The translations under genes were made by a program, and so were the position numbers. 64,000 bases of DNA, taken from IMG/VR virus record IMGVR_UViG_3300032038_000070, positions 3,399 through 67,398 of that record. One strand, 5' to 3'. The notes under the pieces were generated by a model that made no database searches, was not told where the DNA came from, and worked only from the letters and a program-made list of their open reading frames with translations. Shown in pieces: positions 18,491-27,265 of the stretch (positions are counted from its first letter, which is position 1; every line of letters begins with the position of its first letter). The stretch comes from a virus (lineage: Duplodnaviria > Caudoviricetes).

Positions 18491-20100
18491 TGTTTGAGAG
18501 GTTCAAAAAGATAATGCAGGACGCACTGACAAAAGCAGGCGCTCAGACGCTGATCGGGAAAGAATACAAGAGCATTTTTGACCTGGAGGGCGTCCCGGCC
18601 TATAACGAGTTTTACAACTTCGGGATCTTCCCGTGGAAGTACATCTATAAGGGCTTCTATAAGCCCTGGCACGTGGTCGCCGCTCCGACAATCGCGAACC
18701 CGGATGCAAAGCGGAACCTGTCCTACCTGAGCCTCGCGAAGGCCGTTTGCGCCGAGCTGGCCGGGATGGTCTGGACGGACCAGTGTTCTGTCGACGTCAG
18801 CATGGAGGGCTTCGATGGTGAGGACGATCCTCTCTGCGACTTCGTGCATGAGGTCCTGGAGAAGAACAACTTCGGACAGAAGATGCAGGAGCTGATCGAG
18901 CAGGGCGCGGCGCTCGGTGGCGCGGCTATGAAGGTCTGGCGCGAGGCAAGATATGACGCGAACGGCAACGAGATCGAGGGCACCGGGAAGATCCGGATCG
19001 GCTATGCGATGGCCGATCAGTTCGTCCCTATCGCCTGGGACAACGCGACAGTGAACGAGGGGATCTTCGTCAGCAGGCAGGCGAAGGGCGGTTACTATTA
19101 CACCCGCCTCGAGTGGCACAAGTGGGACGGACTGACATACGTCATAACGAACGAGCTCTACCGTTCGGAGATACGCAGGGGCGGCTACGGCGAAGCGCAG
19201 GACATCCTCGGCTTCAGGTACCCGCTTGCGGAGATCTATCCGTATCTGGACGAAGAGACACGGATCGACGTCGAAGAGTCTCTTTTCTCTTACTTCCGGA
19301 CTCCGATCGCGAACAACATTGACGATAACTCGCCGCTGGGTGTCTCGATGTACGCGAACGCACTGGAGACGCTGCACGCGATCGACATCTGTTTCGACAG
19401 CTTCGTCCGGGAGTTCCGTCTCGGTAAAAAGAGGATCATTGTCCCGGCGAGGATGATCCGGCAGGTCCCGGATCCCTTGACCGGCAGAATGATCCGGTAC
19501 TTTGACGCAAACGACGAGACTTACGAGGCGCTCTCGACTGATGATCCGGACACGCTGAAGATCCAGGACAACTCCGTCGAGCTGCGTGTGGAAGAGCACG
19601 TGGAGGCGCTGAACGCATTCCTGAATATCTTCTGCCTGCAGGTCGGGCTGTCCGCGGGGACGTTCTCTTTTGATGCACATGACGGTCTCAAGACCGCGAC
19701 GGAGGTCGTCTCCGAGAACTCGAAGACGTACAAGACCGTCAAGAGCTACCAGAACCAGATCACGCCCGCCATCAAGCGGATTGTGGACGCGATCATCACG
19801 GTCGCGCGCCTCTACGATATGGACTACGAAGGCCAGAAGATCGAGGCGCTCGCGTCGCGCGGCTACGAGGTCAAGGTCAGCCTTGACGACGGGATCACGC
19901 AGGACCGGCAGACAAACATCAACGAGGGCATCACGCTCGTCGGTGCCGGCCTCATGAGCAAGAAGACGTTCCTCACCGATCCGAAGTACGGGCAGAACCT
20001 GACCGACGAGGACGCAGACGCAGAGCTGCAGCGGATCGCGCAGGAGAACACCGTCACCCTGCCGCGCCTTGACGTGATGGACTACAACGGCGCGGAGTGA
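18487..20100 (+). CDS. Portal protein (A118/SPP1-like)
   Basis: DNSPLGVS.Y, EFRLGKKRIIVP, KTATEVVSENS; follows terL. Confidence 0.92.
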   Translation: MMFERFKKIMQDALTKAGAQTLIGKEYKSIFDLEGVPAYNEFYNFGIFPWKYIYKGFYKPWHVVAAPTIANPDAKRNLSYLSLAKAVCAELAGMVWTDQCSVDVSMEGFDGEDDPLCDFVHEVLEKNNFGQKMQELIEQGAALGGAAMKVWREARYDANGNEIEGTGKIRIGYAMADQFVPIAWDNATVNEGIFVSRQAKGGYYYTRLEWHKWDGLTYVITNELYRSEIRRGGYGEAQDILGFRYPLAEIYPYLDEETRIDVEESLFSYFRTPIANNIDDNSPLGVSMYANALETLHAIDICFDSFVREFRLGKKRIIVPARMIRQVPDPLTGRMIRYFDANDETYEALSTDDPDTLKIQDNSVELRVEEHVEALNAFLNIFCLQVGLSAGTFSFDAHDGLKTATEVVSENSKTYKTVKSYQNQITPAIKRIVDAIITVARLYDMDYEGQKIEALASRGYEVKVSLDDGITQDRQTNINEGITLVGAGLMSKKTFLTDPKYGQNLTDEDADAELQRIAQENTVTLPRLDVMDYNGAE

Positions 20101-20184
20101 CCACAACGAAAGCAGCTGCCCGGGTAAGCTGTGAGTAGCCTCACCCCGGCTGCCGGTTAAGCCGGGGACATTGAGGAGAGAACG

Positions 20185-22161
20185 ATGACTCCGAAGGACA
20201 TTTTGGACATCTCGGAGCCGGTCGAGGAGATCTACCAGAGAACCGTTGACGAGCTCCTGATCAACATCGCGCGACACTTCCAGATCACCGGATGGGAACG
20301 GACGCGCTATTGGGAGATCAAGAAGCTCAGCGAGCTCGGCGCGCTCACGAAGGAGAGCGTCGACATTATCGCGAAGAACACCGGCATGCTGCCGGAGGAG
20401 ATCGAGAGGGCCTTCCTGCAGGTCAGCGAGAAGGCGTGCCTCGACATCGACCCGCAGCTCCGGGCGGCTGCGGAGAAGGGCTTCCTGCAGGATCCCGGAA
20501 CCAGCGCGACGACCTCTCCGGAGATCCGGCGCATGGTGACCGCCTACACCGAACAGGCGGTCGACAAAATGAACATGACAAACACGACGATGCTCGAGTC
20601 GACGCGGCAGGCATACGTCCGCGCCGTCCAGCAGGTCGTGAACGAGGAAGAGCTGCAGGAAGCGAAGCGCATCCTCGAGACGCAGTCCCTCGCCGTTGTG
20701 ACGGGCTCTGAGACCCGTACACGGGCTATCCGGAAGGCGATGGACGATTTGTCGAAGACAGGGCTCGCGGGCTTCTACGACAGCGCAGGGCGCGCCTGGA
20801 GCCCGGAAGCATATGCCGCGATGGTAGTCAGGACGACATCCCACAACGCGGCGATCGAGTCCATCCGGGCGAGGCAGCAGGAGTTCGGCGGCGGCGACGT
20901 CTTCCAGATCAGCGTCCACCCCGGCTCGCGTCCCTTGTGCGCGCCATACCAGGGCGGCCTCTACACATGGGGGCACGGGTCCGGCACGGTCTACGACGGG
21001 GACGGCAAGGCTTATGAGTACGACTCGATCTACAGCACCAGCTACGGCGAGGCCGCGGGGATCTTCGGGATCAACTGCGGACATCACCCGATCCCGTTCA
21101 TCAGCGGCTACAGCTTCCCACAGGACAAGCTGGGGCAGACACCCGAGGAGAACACGAAAGAGTACGAGGAGAGCCAGAAGCAGCGGCAGTATGAGCGTAA
21201 CATTCGGGCGGCAAAACGTGAGCTCGCGATGGCGGAGGCATCCGGAGACAAGGAACGGACCCAGGAGCTGCAGCATAAGGTCAGCCAGGAACAGGCCAAG
21301 ATCCGCAGCTTTATTAAACAGACAGGACGCGCCCGGCGATATGACCGGGAGCAGATCGCGTCGAAGGTCATGCCAGGACTGCCGCCGCAGAGCCTGAAAC
21401 CAGCGGCACCGGCGCCAGCGACACCTGCCCCGAAGACCTTTGAGACCGGGAAGCAAGCGACCGCGTTCTTCGGCGCGCGTCCTGAACGGTCTCTCCGGCG
21501 TGAAAACCACGAGGAGTATGACCGGCAGCGGGCCGCGTATGAGCAGAGCATGTACGGCTCGTGGGTGAACAATCTCAGCGGAGAGCAGACGACCGCGATC
21601 GGAAATTATTCTGGCGATGCATATTCCGGAATCAATGGCCTGCTGCGGCGCGAGATGACAGAGCGGATGGTCGAGGCATGGGACCGGACAGAGAACATGG
21701 GGATCCGGCAGATGATCGGAAACATAGACAGCGCGCTCGAGTCCTTCGAGCTGACCGAGCCCATCCGAGTCTTCCGGACCTGCGACAAGGACGTCCTCGA
21801 GGCTCTGAAGCTGGAATCCGGCGCCACCTTCCGGGACGATGGCTTCGTGTCCACCAGTGTGCTAAGTAAGAAAGTAGCCAGCGGGAACATCGTCATGCAG
21901 ATTGACGTCCCGGCCGGCACCGGCCACGGCGCCTGGATCAACCCTCTCTCGGGAGCGGAGGACGAGGAGTACGAGTTCCTCCTTCCCCGCGGTGCGGAGT
22001 TCCGGATCAATGGCGTCCGGCAATCCGGCGAGGACACGATCGTCGAGATGGAATACCTCGGAAGCAGGAAGGGCGAGATCGAATACGCCACGAAGGAAGA
22101 AGTGGTTGACAGATGGAAGAGGCTCGGAATCTATGACGAAGACAGGGCAAAGCAAATCTGA
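20185..22161 (+). CDS. MuF-type minor capsid protein fused to a C-terminal VIP2/C3-like ADP-ribosyltransferase
   Basis: N-terminal ~390 aa homologous to 57417..58601 (GINCGHHP); C-terminus has YSG..Y..INGLLR, VFR, FVSTS and EYEFLLPRG (R-S-ExE). Confidence 0.88.
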   Translation: MTPKDILDISEPVEEIYQRTVDELLINIARHFQITGWERTRYWEIKKLSELGALTKESVDIIAKNTGMLPEEIERAFLQVSEKACLDIDPQLRAAAEKGFLQDPGTSATTSPEIRRMVTAYTEQAVDKMNMTNTTMLESTRQAYVRAVQQVVNEEELQEAKRILETQSLAVVTGSETRTRAIRKAMDDLSKTGLAGFYDSAGRAWSPEAYAAMVVRTTSHNAAIESIRARQQEFGGGDVFQISVHPGSRPLCAPYQGGLYTWGHGSGTVYDGDGKAYEYDSIYSTSYGEAAGIFGINCGHHPIPFISGYSFPQDKLGQTPEENTKEYEESQKQRQYERNIRAAKRELAMAEASGDKERTQELQHKVSQEQAKIRSFIKQTGRARRYDREQIASKVMPGLPPQSLKPAAPAPATPAPKTFETGKQATAFFGARPERSLRRENHEEYDRQRAAYEQSMYGSWVNNLSGEQTTAIGNYSGDAYSGINGLLRREMTERMVEAWDRTENMGIRQMIGNIDSALESFELTEPIRVFRTCDKDVLEALKLESGATFRDDGFVSTSVLSKKVASGNIVMQIDVPAGTGHGAWINPLSGAEDEEYEFLLPRGAEFRINGVRQSGEDTIVEMEYLGSRKGEIEYATKEEVVDRWKRLGIYDEDRAKQI

Positions 22162-22256
22162 CGAGCTCACACGCGAGCAGGTCAAACAGATGTTGAAGGG
22201 CGACCGGTTCGAATGGATACCCGGAGATCTTGAAAAGATAGAACAGGAGGACAGCG

Positions 22257-22424
22257 ATGGAATGTAAGCACCCGGAGGCGTTCGTCTCCATCAAAAACGG
22301 CCAGCGCGTCTGCGGACTGTGCGGGGCGGTCGTCCCGGCACCTGCAGCGGCTGAACCTGCAGAGAAGAAGCCGGCCGCGAAGGCCGAGCCGAAGAAGGGA
22401 GGAAAGACCAATGCCCGAAAATGA
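22257..22424 (+). CDS. Small Cys/His zinc-finger-like protein
   Basis: MECKHP...VCGLCG; homologue at 58612..58767. Confidence 0.65.
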   Translation: MECKHPEAFVSIKNGQRVCGLCGAVVPAPAAAEPAEKKPAAKAEPKKGGKTNARK

Positions 22425-22626
22425 GATGGAAAAGAAGGACCGGGAGGCATGGGAGGTCAGTGACATGATCCGAAGCGCCGGCGGCATCGTTGAAACAGCT
22501 CTCCGAGCTGAAGACGAGGCATCCCGGAAAGCGCTGCGTGATGCAGCGAAGACGATTCTGCAGCAGGCGATCGCCAGACTGGATGAGAGCGTCGGCGCGT
22601 CCGATGCAGATGAAGAAGACGAATGA
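22411..22626 (+). CDS. Small acidic conserved protein
   Basis: Nearly identical to 58754..58963. Confidence 0.75.
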   Translation: MPENEMEKKDREAWEVSDMIRSAGGIVETALRAEDEASRKALRDAAKTILQQAIARLDESVGASDADEEDE

Positions 22627-22630
22627 TCAG

Positions 22631-22653
22631 GCACCCTGACGGGGTGCTTTTTT
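22631..22653 (+). terminator. Rho-independent terminator
   Basis: GCACCC-TGACG-GGGTGC-TTTTTT. Confidence 0.7.
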
Positions 22654-22732
22654 CATGCAAACAATCGCGGAGTGAAGTCACGCGGTAAAAGACACAGCGC
22701 GGCCGCATCGGGCCGGAAAAGGAGATGGAAAA

Positions 22733-23215
22733 ATGGCACTTTTCAAAAGAGCAGATCTTAAAGCAAAAGGACTCACGGACGAGCAGATCGAGTGGGTCAT
22801 GACCGAAGCCGGGAGGTCCCTGGCGGCGAACTACGTCACCAAAAGCGACAGCGAGGCAGCCGTAGAGGCGGCCAAAGCAGCGCAGGAGGAGCAGGATCCG
22901 ACAAAGTCGGAGGCCTATCTGCAGCTTGCGGCGAAGACCGCGAAGCTGGAGGCGTTTCAGGGCACGGAGTTTGCAGGCGTCAAGGCGCCGTACAAGGACA
23001 TGATCTGGGGACAGCTGGACCACAGCGAAGGACACAAGCCCTACGCGGAACAGCTGACTGCAGTCAAGGAGACAATGCCGGATCTGTTCACAGCAGAACA
23101 GGAAAAAGAAGAACCGCCGCAGAAGCCGCAGTTCGGCGCGCCTACGGAGGGCAGTGTCCCAAAGGGCAACAACGCGCCTAGCTTCGGAGATTTCTGGGGG
23201 TTCGGTAAAGCATAA
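22733..23215 (+). CDS. Capsid scaffolding protein
   Basis: Charged helical protein immediately before the major capsid gene; RBS AAGGAG. Confidence 0.75.
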   Translation: MALFKRADLKAKGLTDEQIEWVMTEAGRSLAANYVTKSDSEAAVEAAKAAQEEQDPTKSEAYLQLAAKTAKLEAFQGTEFAGVKAPYKDMIWGQLDHSEGHKPYAEQLTAVKETMPDLFTAEQEKEEPPQKPQFGAPTEGSVPKGNNAPSFGDFWGFGKA

Positions 23216-23226
23216 GGAGGAAAATT

Positions 23227-24129
23227 ATGCCTTTTACACCCAGCGCAATTAACTATGCAGTCCAGTACGGCCGCGAACTCGCAAACGAGTATCCGTATCT
23301 TTCTTACTTCGGCGACATCTGGGGCAGCCAGAACAGCCGGAGATTCAGACCCATCAACGCGAACAGCATCATGATTCCGTCCATGACGGTCGCAGGCGCT
23401 CATGCGGTCGATCGTAACAACATGAACGGTCAGTTCTCCCGGAAGTTCAACCTGGCCTGGGAGCCGAAGGTCATGACGATGTACAGAGAGTGGGACACCA
23501 TCCTCGATGAGATGGATATTGTTGAGACCAACGAGGTCGCAACAATCGCGAACATCACCAGAACATTCAACGAGTTCCAGAAGATCCCGGAGATGGACGC
23601 CTACATGGCGAAGCAGCTCGGCAGCTTCGCGACTGCAGCCTCCACGGCTGACAGCACCGCCCTCACCGCGGCGAACATCCTCAGCAAGTGGGACGACTAT
23701 CTGGAGGCTATGACGAACGCCCGCGTCAACCGTGACAGAGTGATCTGCTATGTGACGCCCGCGACCTACAAGCTCCTGAAGCAGGCGGCCGGCATCACGC
23801 GCTTCCTGGAAGTCGCGAACGGCATCCAGGCGGTCGACAGGAACATCGCGAAGCTGGACGGCGTCCGCATCGTCGAGGTCCCGAGCGATCTCATGCAGAG
23901 CGCGTACGACTTCACCGACGGCTTCGTCGCGACGGAGGCGGCAAAGCAGATCAACCTGATCATGGTGGATCCGCTGGCGGTCATCGCTCCGGTCGTGTAC
24001 GAGGTCTCCATGATCTCCCCGCCTTCCGCAGCGACCAAGGGCAAGAACGTCTACTATGAGAGCTATTACTATGATGTCTTCAACCTCACACAGAGGACCG
24101 CAGGCATCAGGGCGAACATCGCCGCTTAA
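23227..24129 (+). CDS. Major capsid protein
   Basis: 300 aa, INYA..Y, P.MDAY, KQINLIMVDP; highly similar to 59551..60453. Confidence 0.9.
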   Translation: MPFTPSAINYAVQYGRELANEYPYLSYFGDIWGSQNSRRFRPINANSIMIPSMTVAGAHAVDRNNMNGQFSRKFNLAWEPKVMTMYREWDTILDEMDIVETNEVATIANITRTFNEFQKIPEMDAYMAKQLGSFATAASTADSTALTAANILSKWDDYLEAMTNARVNRDRVICYVTPATYKLLKQAAGITRFLEVANGIQAVDRNIAKLDGVRIVEVPSDLMQSAYDFTDGFVATEAAKQINLIMVDPLAVIAPVVYEVSMISPPSAATKGKNVYYESYYYDVFNLTQRTAGIRANIAA

Positions 24130-24146
24130 TAAGAAGGAGGCAGCCG

Positions 24147-24578
24147 ATGGCGCTCGTCACACTTGAATATTACCAGGACACCTTCCTGGGTGAGTCGATC
24201 GCCGAGGATGACTTCCCGCGGTATGAGCTTAGGGCCGAGGAGCTGATCCTCGGCCTGATCAATAAGACGGAGGAAGAGGCAGAAGCCCTCGAAGAAGACC
24301 TGCCTGCGTGGCTCACGGCAATCCGGAAGGCCATTTGCGCACAGATCGAGTACTTCCTCGAGTACGGAATCGGCGTCGCGGTCTACGGCAAGGAAGCAGG
24401 CGGCGGCTTTACCGTTGGGAAAGTGTCCGTGAACAACGGCAGCGGCTCGGCGGCGGCAGCTGGAGCGCGGTCCATGATCGCGCCGGCAGTCTACACCTAC
24501 CTCGAGCGGACGGGGCTCCTGAATCCGGCGGTGCCGGTCGCGGGAATGCCTCCGCAGTATTGGGGGTGGTTCCTATGA
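24147..24578 (+). CDS. Head-tail connector
   Basis: KAICAQIEY, FTVGKVSV, YLERTGLL; position after the capsid gene. Confidence 0.75.
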   Translation: MALVTLEYYQDTFLGESIAEDDFPRYELRAEELILGLINKTEEEAEALEEDLPAWLTAIRKAICAQIEYFLEYGIGVAVYGKEAGGGFTVGKVSVNNGSGSAAAAGARSMIAPAVYTYLERTGLLNPAVPVAGMPPQYWGWFL

Positions 24579-24961
24579 GTCTCGCACCTATCCCGGCACG
24601 GATGCTGCACGACAAGGTCGTTTTTTCCGTCGTAACTGGCATGGACCGGTACCAGCGGAAAACCTACGCCGAATACACCGTGAACAACGTCCACCTGCAG
24701 TCATCCAACGAGGTCCGCAAAGGACCTAACGATACGGAGGTACAGCTGCGCGGGATCCTTTTCGTCGATGCCCGCCGCTCGCTCCCGGTCCTCGATCTCT
24801 ACGCACTGCAGCAGCAGTCGCTTAAGGCGGGGGACACGATGCGGGCGAAGGTGTACGACGCATCCGGAAACGAGACCGGGGATTATGCGGTCCTCATCAT
24901 TGACGACCTTCCGGATGTCCCGGCAACGCGGCGGCATCATTGGGAACTGGAGCTGGTATGA
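24575..24961 (+). CDS. Head-tail joining / minor capsid protein 1-like
   Basis: A118-like gene order; HHWEL C-terminus. Confidence 0.7.
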   Translation: MSLAPIPARMLHDKVVFSVVTGMDRYQRKTYAEYTVNNVHLQSSNEVRKGPNDTEVQLRGILFVDARRSLPVLDLYALQQQSLKAGDTMRAKVYDASGNETGDYAVLIIDDLPDVPATRRHHWELELV

Positions 24962-25341
24962 GCGTAATCGTAAAGACAGATAAAGCCAAATGGATAGACG
25001 CCATCAACCAGGCTACGGGCAAGGCCGCGTACGCGCTGGCGGAGCAGATGCTCGCAGACAGTGAGAAGTTCGTTCCGCATAGCGCAGGATCCTCGCAGTC
25101 TGCCGGGAACCTTCGGGAATCCGGCAAGGTCGTGCAGGGTGAGACAAGCGGCCGGTTCTATCTGGTATGGGACACGGTTTATGCGCTCTATCAGTGGTTC
25201 GGTGTCAGGGCGGACGGCTCTCATCGAGTGCAGCACTACACGACGCCTGGGACCGGCACGCAGTGGGTCGAGAAGGCCAAGGCGCAGTTATCCGACAGGT
25301 GGCAGAAGATCGCGCAGAAGGAGTTTACAGATGGATTATAA
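24958..25341 (+). CDS. Minor capsid protein 2-like (neck)
   Basis: FVP...GNLRESG, WDTVYA.YQW, TPGTG.QW. Confidence 0.7.
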   Translation: MSVIVKTDKAKWIDAINQATGKAAYALAEQMLADSEKFVPHSAGSSQSAGNLRESGKVVQGETSGRFYLVWDTVYALYQWFGVRADGSHRVQHYTTPGTGTQWVEKAKAQLSDRWQKIAQKEFTDGL

Positions 25342-25747
25342 CCAGTTTTTGTACAGTCCGATTGACAAGCTGATTCAGCGGGTCACGGACCTTGCGGAAA
25401 CGCTTGACCCGTACGCTCCAATCGTGTATGGATCCGATCCGCCGGAGAACGGCATCTGCCTGATCCAGAACGCCGGATACCCGGAAGAGACGCACCTGGA
25501 TAAGGGCTACATCTTCCGCCTGCCGGTGCTGCTGAACGGGAAGCACTCCGATCAGTTCACGGTCCTTGGGACTCTGACGTCGATCCACGAGCTGCTGACC
25601 AAGAAACTAAACTATGCAGACGTGAGCGACGATCAGATCCAGGTGATCAACATCGAGACTACTTCCCTCCCGGCCATCATCGGGCGGGAGCAGAACAATC
25701 AGTGGATCTGCGGATCGTCGTTTGTAATCAGCTTTTATTGGAGGTAA
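25331..25747 (+). CDS. Tail terminator / minor capsid protein 3-like
   Basis: Gene order; homologue at 61651..62046. Confidence 0.65.
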   Translation: MDYNQFLYSPIDKLIQRVTDLAETLDPYAPIVYGSDPPENGICLIQNAGYPEETHLDKGYIFRLPVLLNGKHSDQFTVLGTLTSIHELLTKKLNYADVSDDQIQVINIETTSLPAIIGREQNNQWICGSSFVISFYWR

Positions 25748-25750
25748 GAC

Positions 25751-26242
25751 ATGGGAATCACAAAGACAGATTTCCTCGCGGCGAGCATCCCGGAGATTTC
25801 TCCGATTTACAGCTACACCGCAGAAATTGACACGACACCCGAAGGGCAGTCCAGGACCTGGGCTAAGCTGTGCGCCGGCTTCGAGAACCTCACAGAGGCG
25901 CTCAACGAGCAGGTGCAGCAGTATTTCTTCCTTTGCGGGAACGGCTTCGCCGCGAACTACGTCACCGGAATGGCGCCCACCATGACGCTGTCCGGGCGCA
26001 GGGTCCTTGGCGATGCCGCGCAAGAGTACATCTTCGGCAAAAAGTACGGGCTCATGGCAGAGAGGGAGACCAACTTCCGCCTGACCAGAACGAGCGCGGA
26101 CGGAACCGACACTGCTATTGTCAGCGCACACGTCACACTGTGCAACATGACCGACATCAGCGGAGCAACGACGGAGGGCAGCGCCTGCAGCGTAGAAGTA
26201 CGCTTCGATGGCGAGCCGTTCGTCGGCGATGCCTGGGAATAA
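25751..26242 (+). CDS. Major tail tube protein
   Basis: Position before the tail chaperones; followed by a terminator at 26252-26286. Confidence 0.75.
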   Translation: MGITKTDFLAASIPEISPIYSYTAEIDTTPEGQSRTWAKLCAGFENLTEALNEQVQQYFFLCGNGFAANYVTGMAPTMTLSGRRVLGDAAQEYIFGKKYGLMAERETNFRLTRTSADGTDTAIVSAHVTLCNMTDISGATTEGSACSVEVRFDGEPFVGDAWE

Positions 26243-26300
26243 TAATAAATGGCGGAGGGGCCTTTGCTCCTCCGCTTATTTTTTCATTGGGGGTAAACAC

Positions 26301-26699
26301 ATGTACAAGATCAAGAGAAGCAGACACATCGTAGAGAACCTGCAGATTGAAGACGGCGGCAAGGTCCTTGATCTGGCCGTGGACATCATCATTGACGACA
26401 TCATGAAGCAATACATCGACCTCGGGAGCCGTCTGGCTAAGCTGCAGGGGATGATCGACGCGGGAGAGAAGAGCGAGGATCTGTATGCCGAATATGGCAA
26501 GACCATCGTCGCGTACTTCGAGCTGTTTTTTGGTACGGAACAGACCGCAAGGATCCTGAACTTCTACAACAACCGATACAGCGAGATGCTCCTGGATGTC
26601 ACGCCGTTCCTGCAGGATGTCGTCGTTCCCGCGATCATTAAGGCGCAGGAGGACACAAAGAACAAGTACAAGGCGATGGCCAAGAGAAGGTACAGATGA
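26301..26699 (+). CDS. Tail assembly chaperone
   Basis: Position; homologue at 62641..63039. Confidence 0.7.
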   Translation: MYKIKRSRHIVENLQIEDGGKVLDLAVDIIIDDIMKQYIDLGSRLAKLQGMIDAGEKSEDLYAEYGKTIVAYFELFFGTEQTARILNFYNNRYSEMLLDVTPFLQDVVVPAIIKAQEDTKNKYKAMAKRRYR

Positions 26700-27265
26700 G
26701 ACCGCACGAGCGTCTCCCCGAGTCGGTAACGTACAAGGGGAAACGGTACCGGCTGGATATGTCATATGTCGCCTTTTTTACCGTTTCCGCGCTGATGCAG
26801 GACAAATCCGTGCTGGACTATGTGAAGGTGGACGGCGCGCTGGACATCCTTGTGAGGGGAAGACATCCAGTGGATCCCGAGCTTTTGTCTGCGATCTATG
26901 ACCTCATCAAGGAGGATCGGCCACGATCTGGATCCGATCAGAAACTGATGGACATAGAACAGGATTGGAGCTATATCTGTGCGGCTTTCCAGCAGGCATA
27001 CGGGATCGACTTGTACAAAGACCGGAAGATGCACATCATCCGCTTCCGATCGCTCCTGCAGGCACTGCCAAAGGACACCCGGATGTCTGAGATCATCGGA
27101 ATCCGCGCGGCGGAGATCCCGGCGCCCACAAAGTACAACCGGGAACGGATCGCAGAGCTGACGCGTCTCAAGGCTCAATATGCGCTGAGGGGCGGTGAGG
27201 ACTCGCTGCAGGACGGCTTCGCAAAGTTGTTTGCATTATTGAAAGCGAGGGCAAAAAATGCCTGA
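26696..27265 (+). CDS. Phage Gp15-like tail assembly protein
   Basis: LP.SV.Y.G..Y, DW.YI.AAF.Q.YGIDL, F..LL..LP..T..SEI.GIR. Confidence 0.8.
   Translation: MRPHERLPESVTYKGKRYRLDMSYVAFFTVSALMQDKSVLDYVKVDGALDILVRGRHPVDPELLSAIYDLIKEDRPRSGSDQKLMDIEQDWSYICAAFQQAYGIDLYKDRKMHIIRFRSLLQALPKDTRMSEIIGIRAAEIPAPTKYNRERIAELTRLKAQYALRGGEDSLQDGFAKLFALLKARAKNA

Larger units (their letters stand above)
1894..26600. mobile_element. Phage A segment (serine integrase, PolA replication, CCWGG-rich)
   Basis: Integration, lysogeny, replication and morphogenesis modules in canonical order. Confidence 0.85.

Noticed and set aside
20101-20184. Twister, twister-sister or pistol ribozyme
   Set aside because: It resembles fragments (GAGTA, CCGGTTAAGCCGG), but I could not place the required UAA cleavage loop or pseudoknots in a valid order.
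16988-21510. Long minus-strand ORFs (16988..18457, 18460..21510; also 11841..13055 and 55700..56827)
   Set aside because: Antisense shadows of well-supported plus-strand genes caused by GC-rich codon bias; no motifs or RBS.
26301-27265. Programmed -1 frameshift in the tail chaperones
   Set aside because: The two ORFs have their own overlapping ATGA start in the A118 gp14/gp15 style, and I saw no convincing slippery site.
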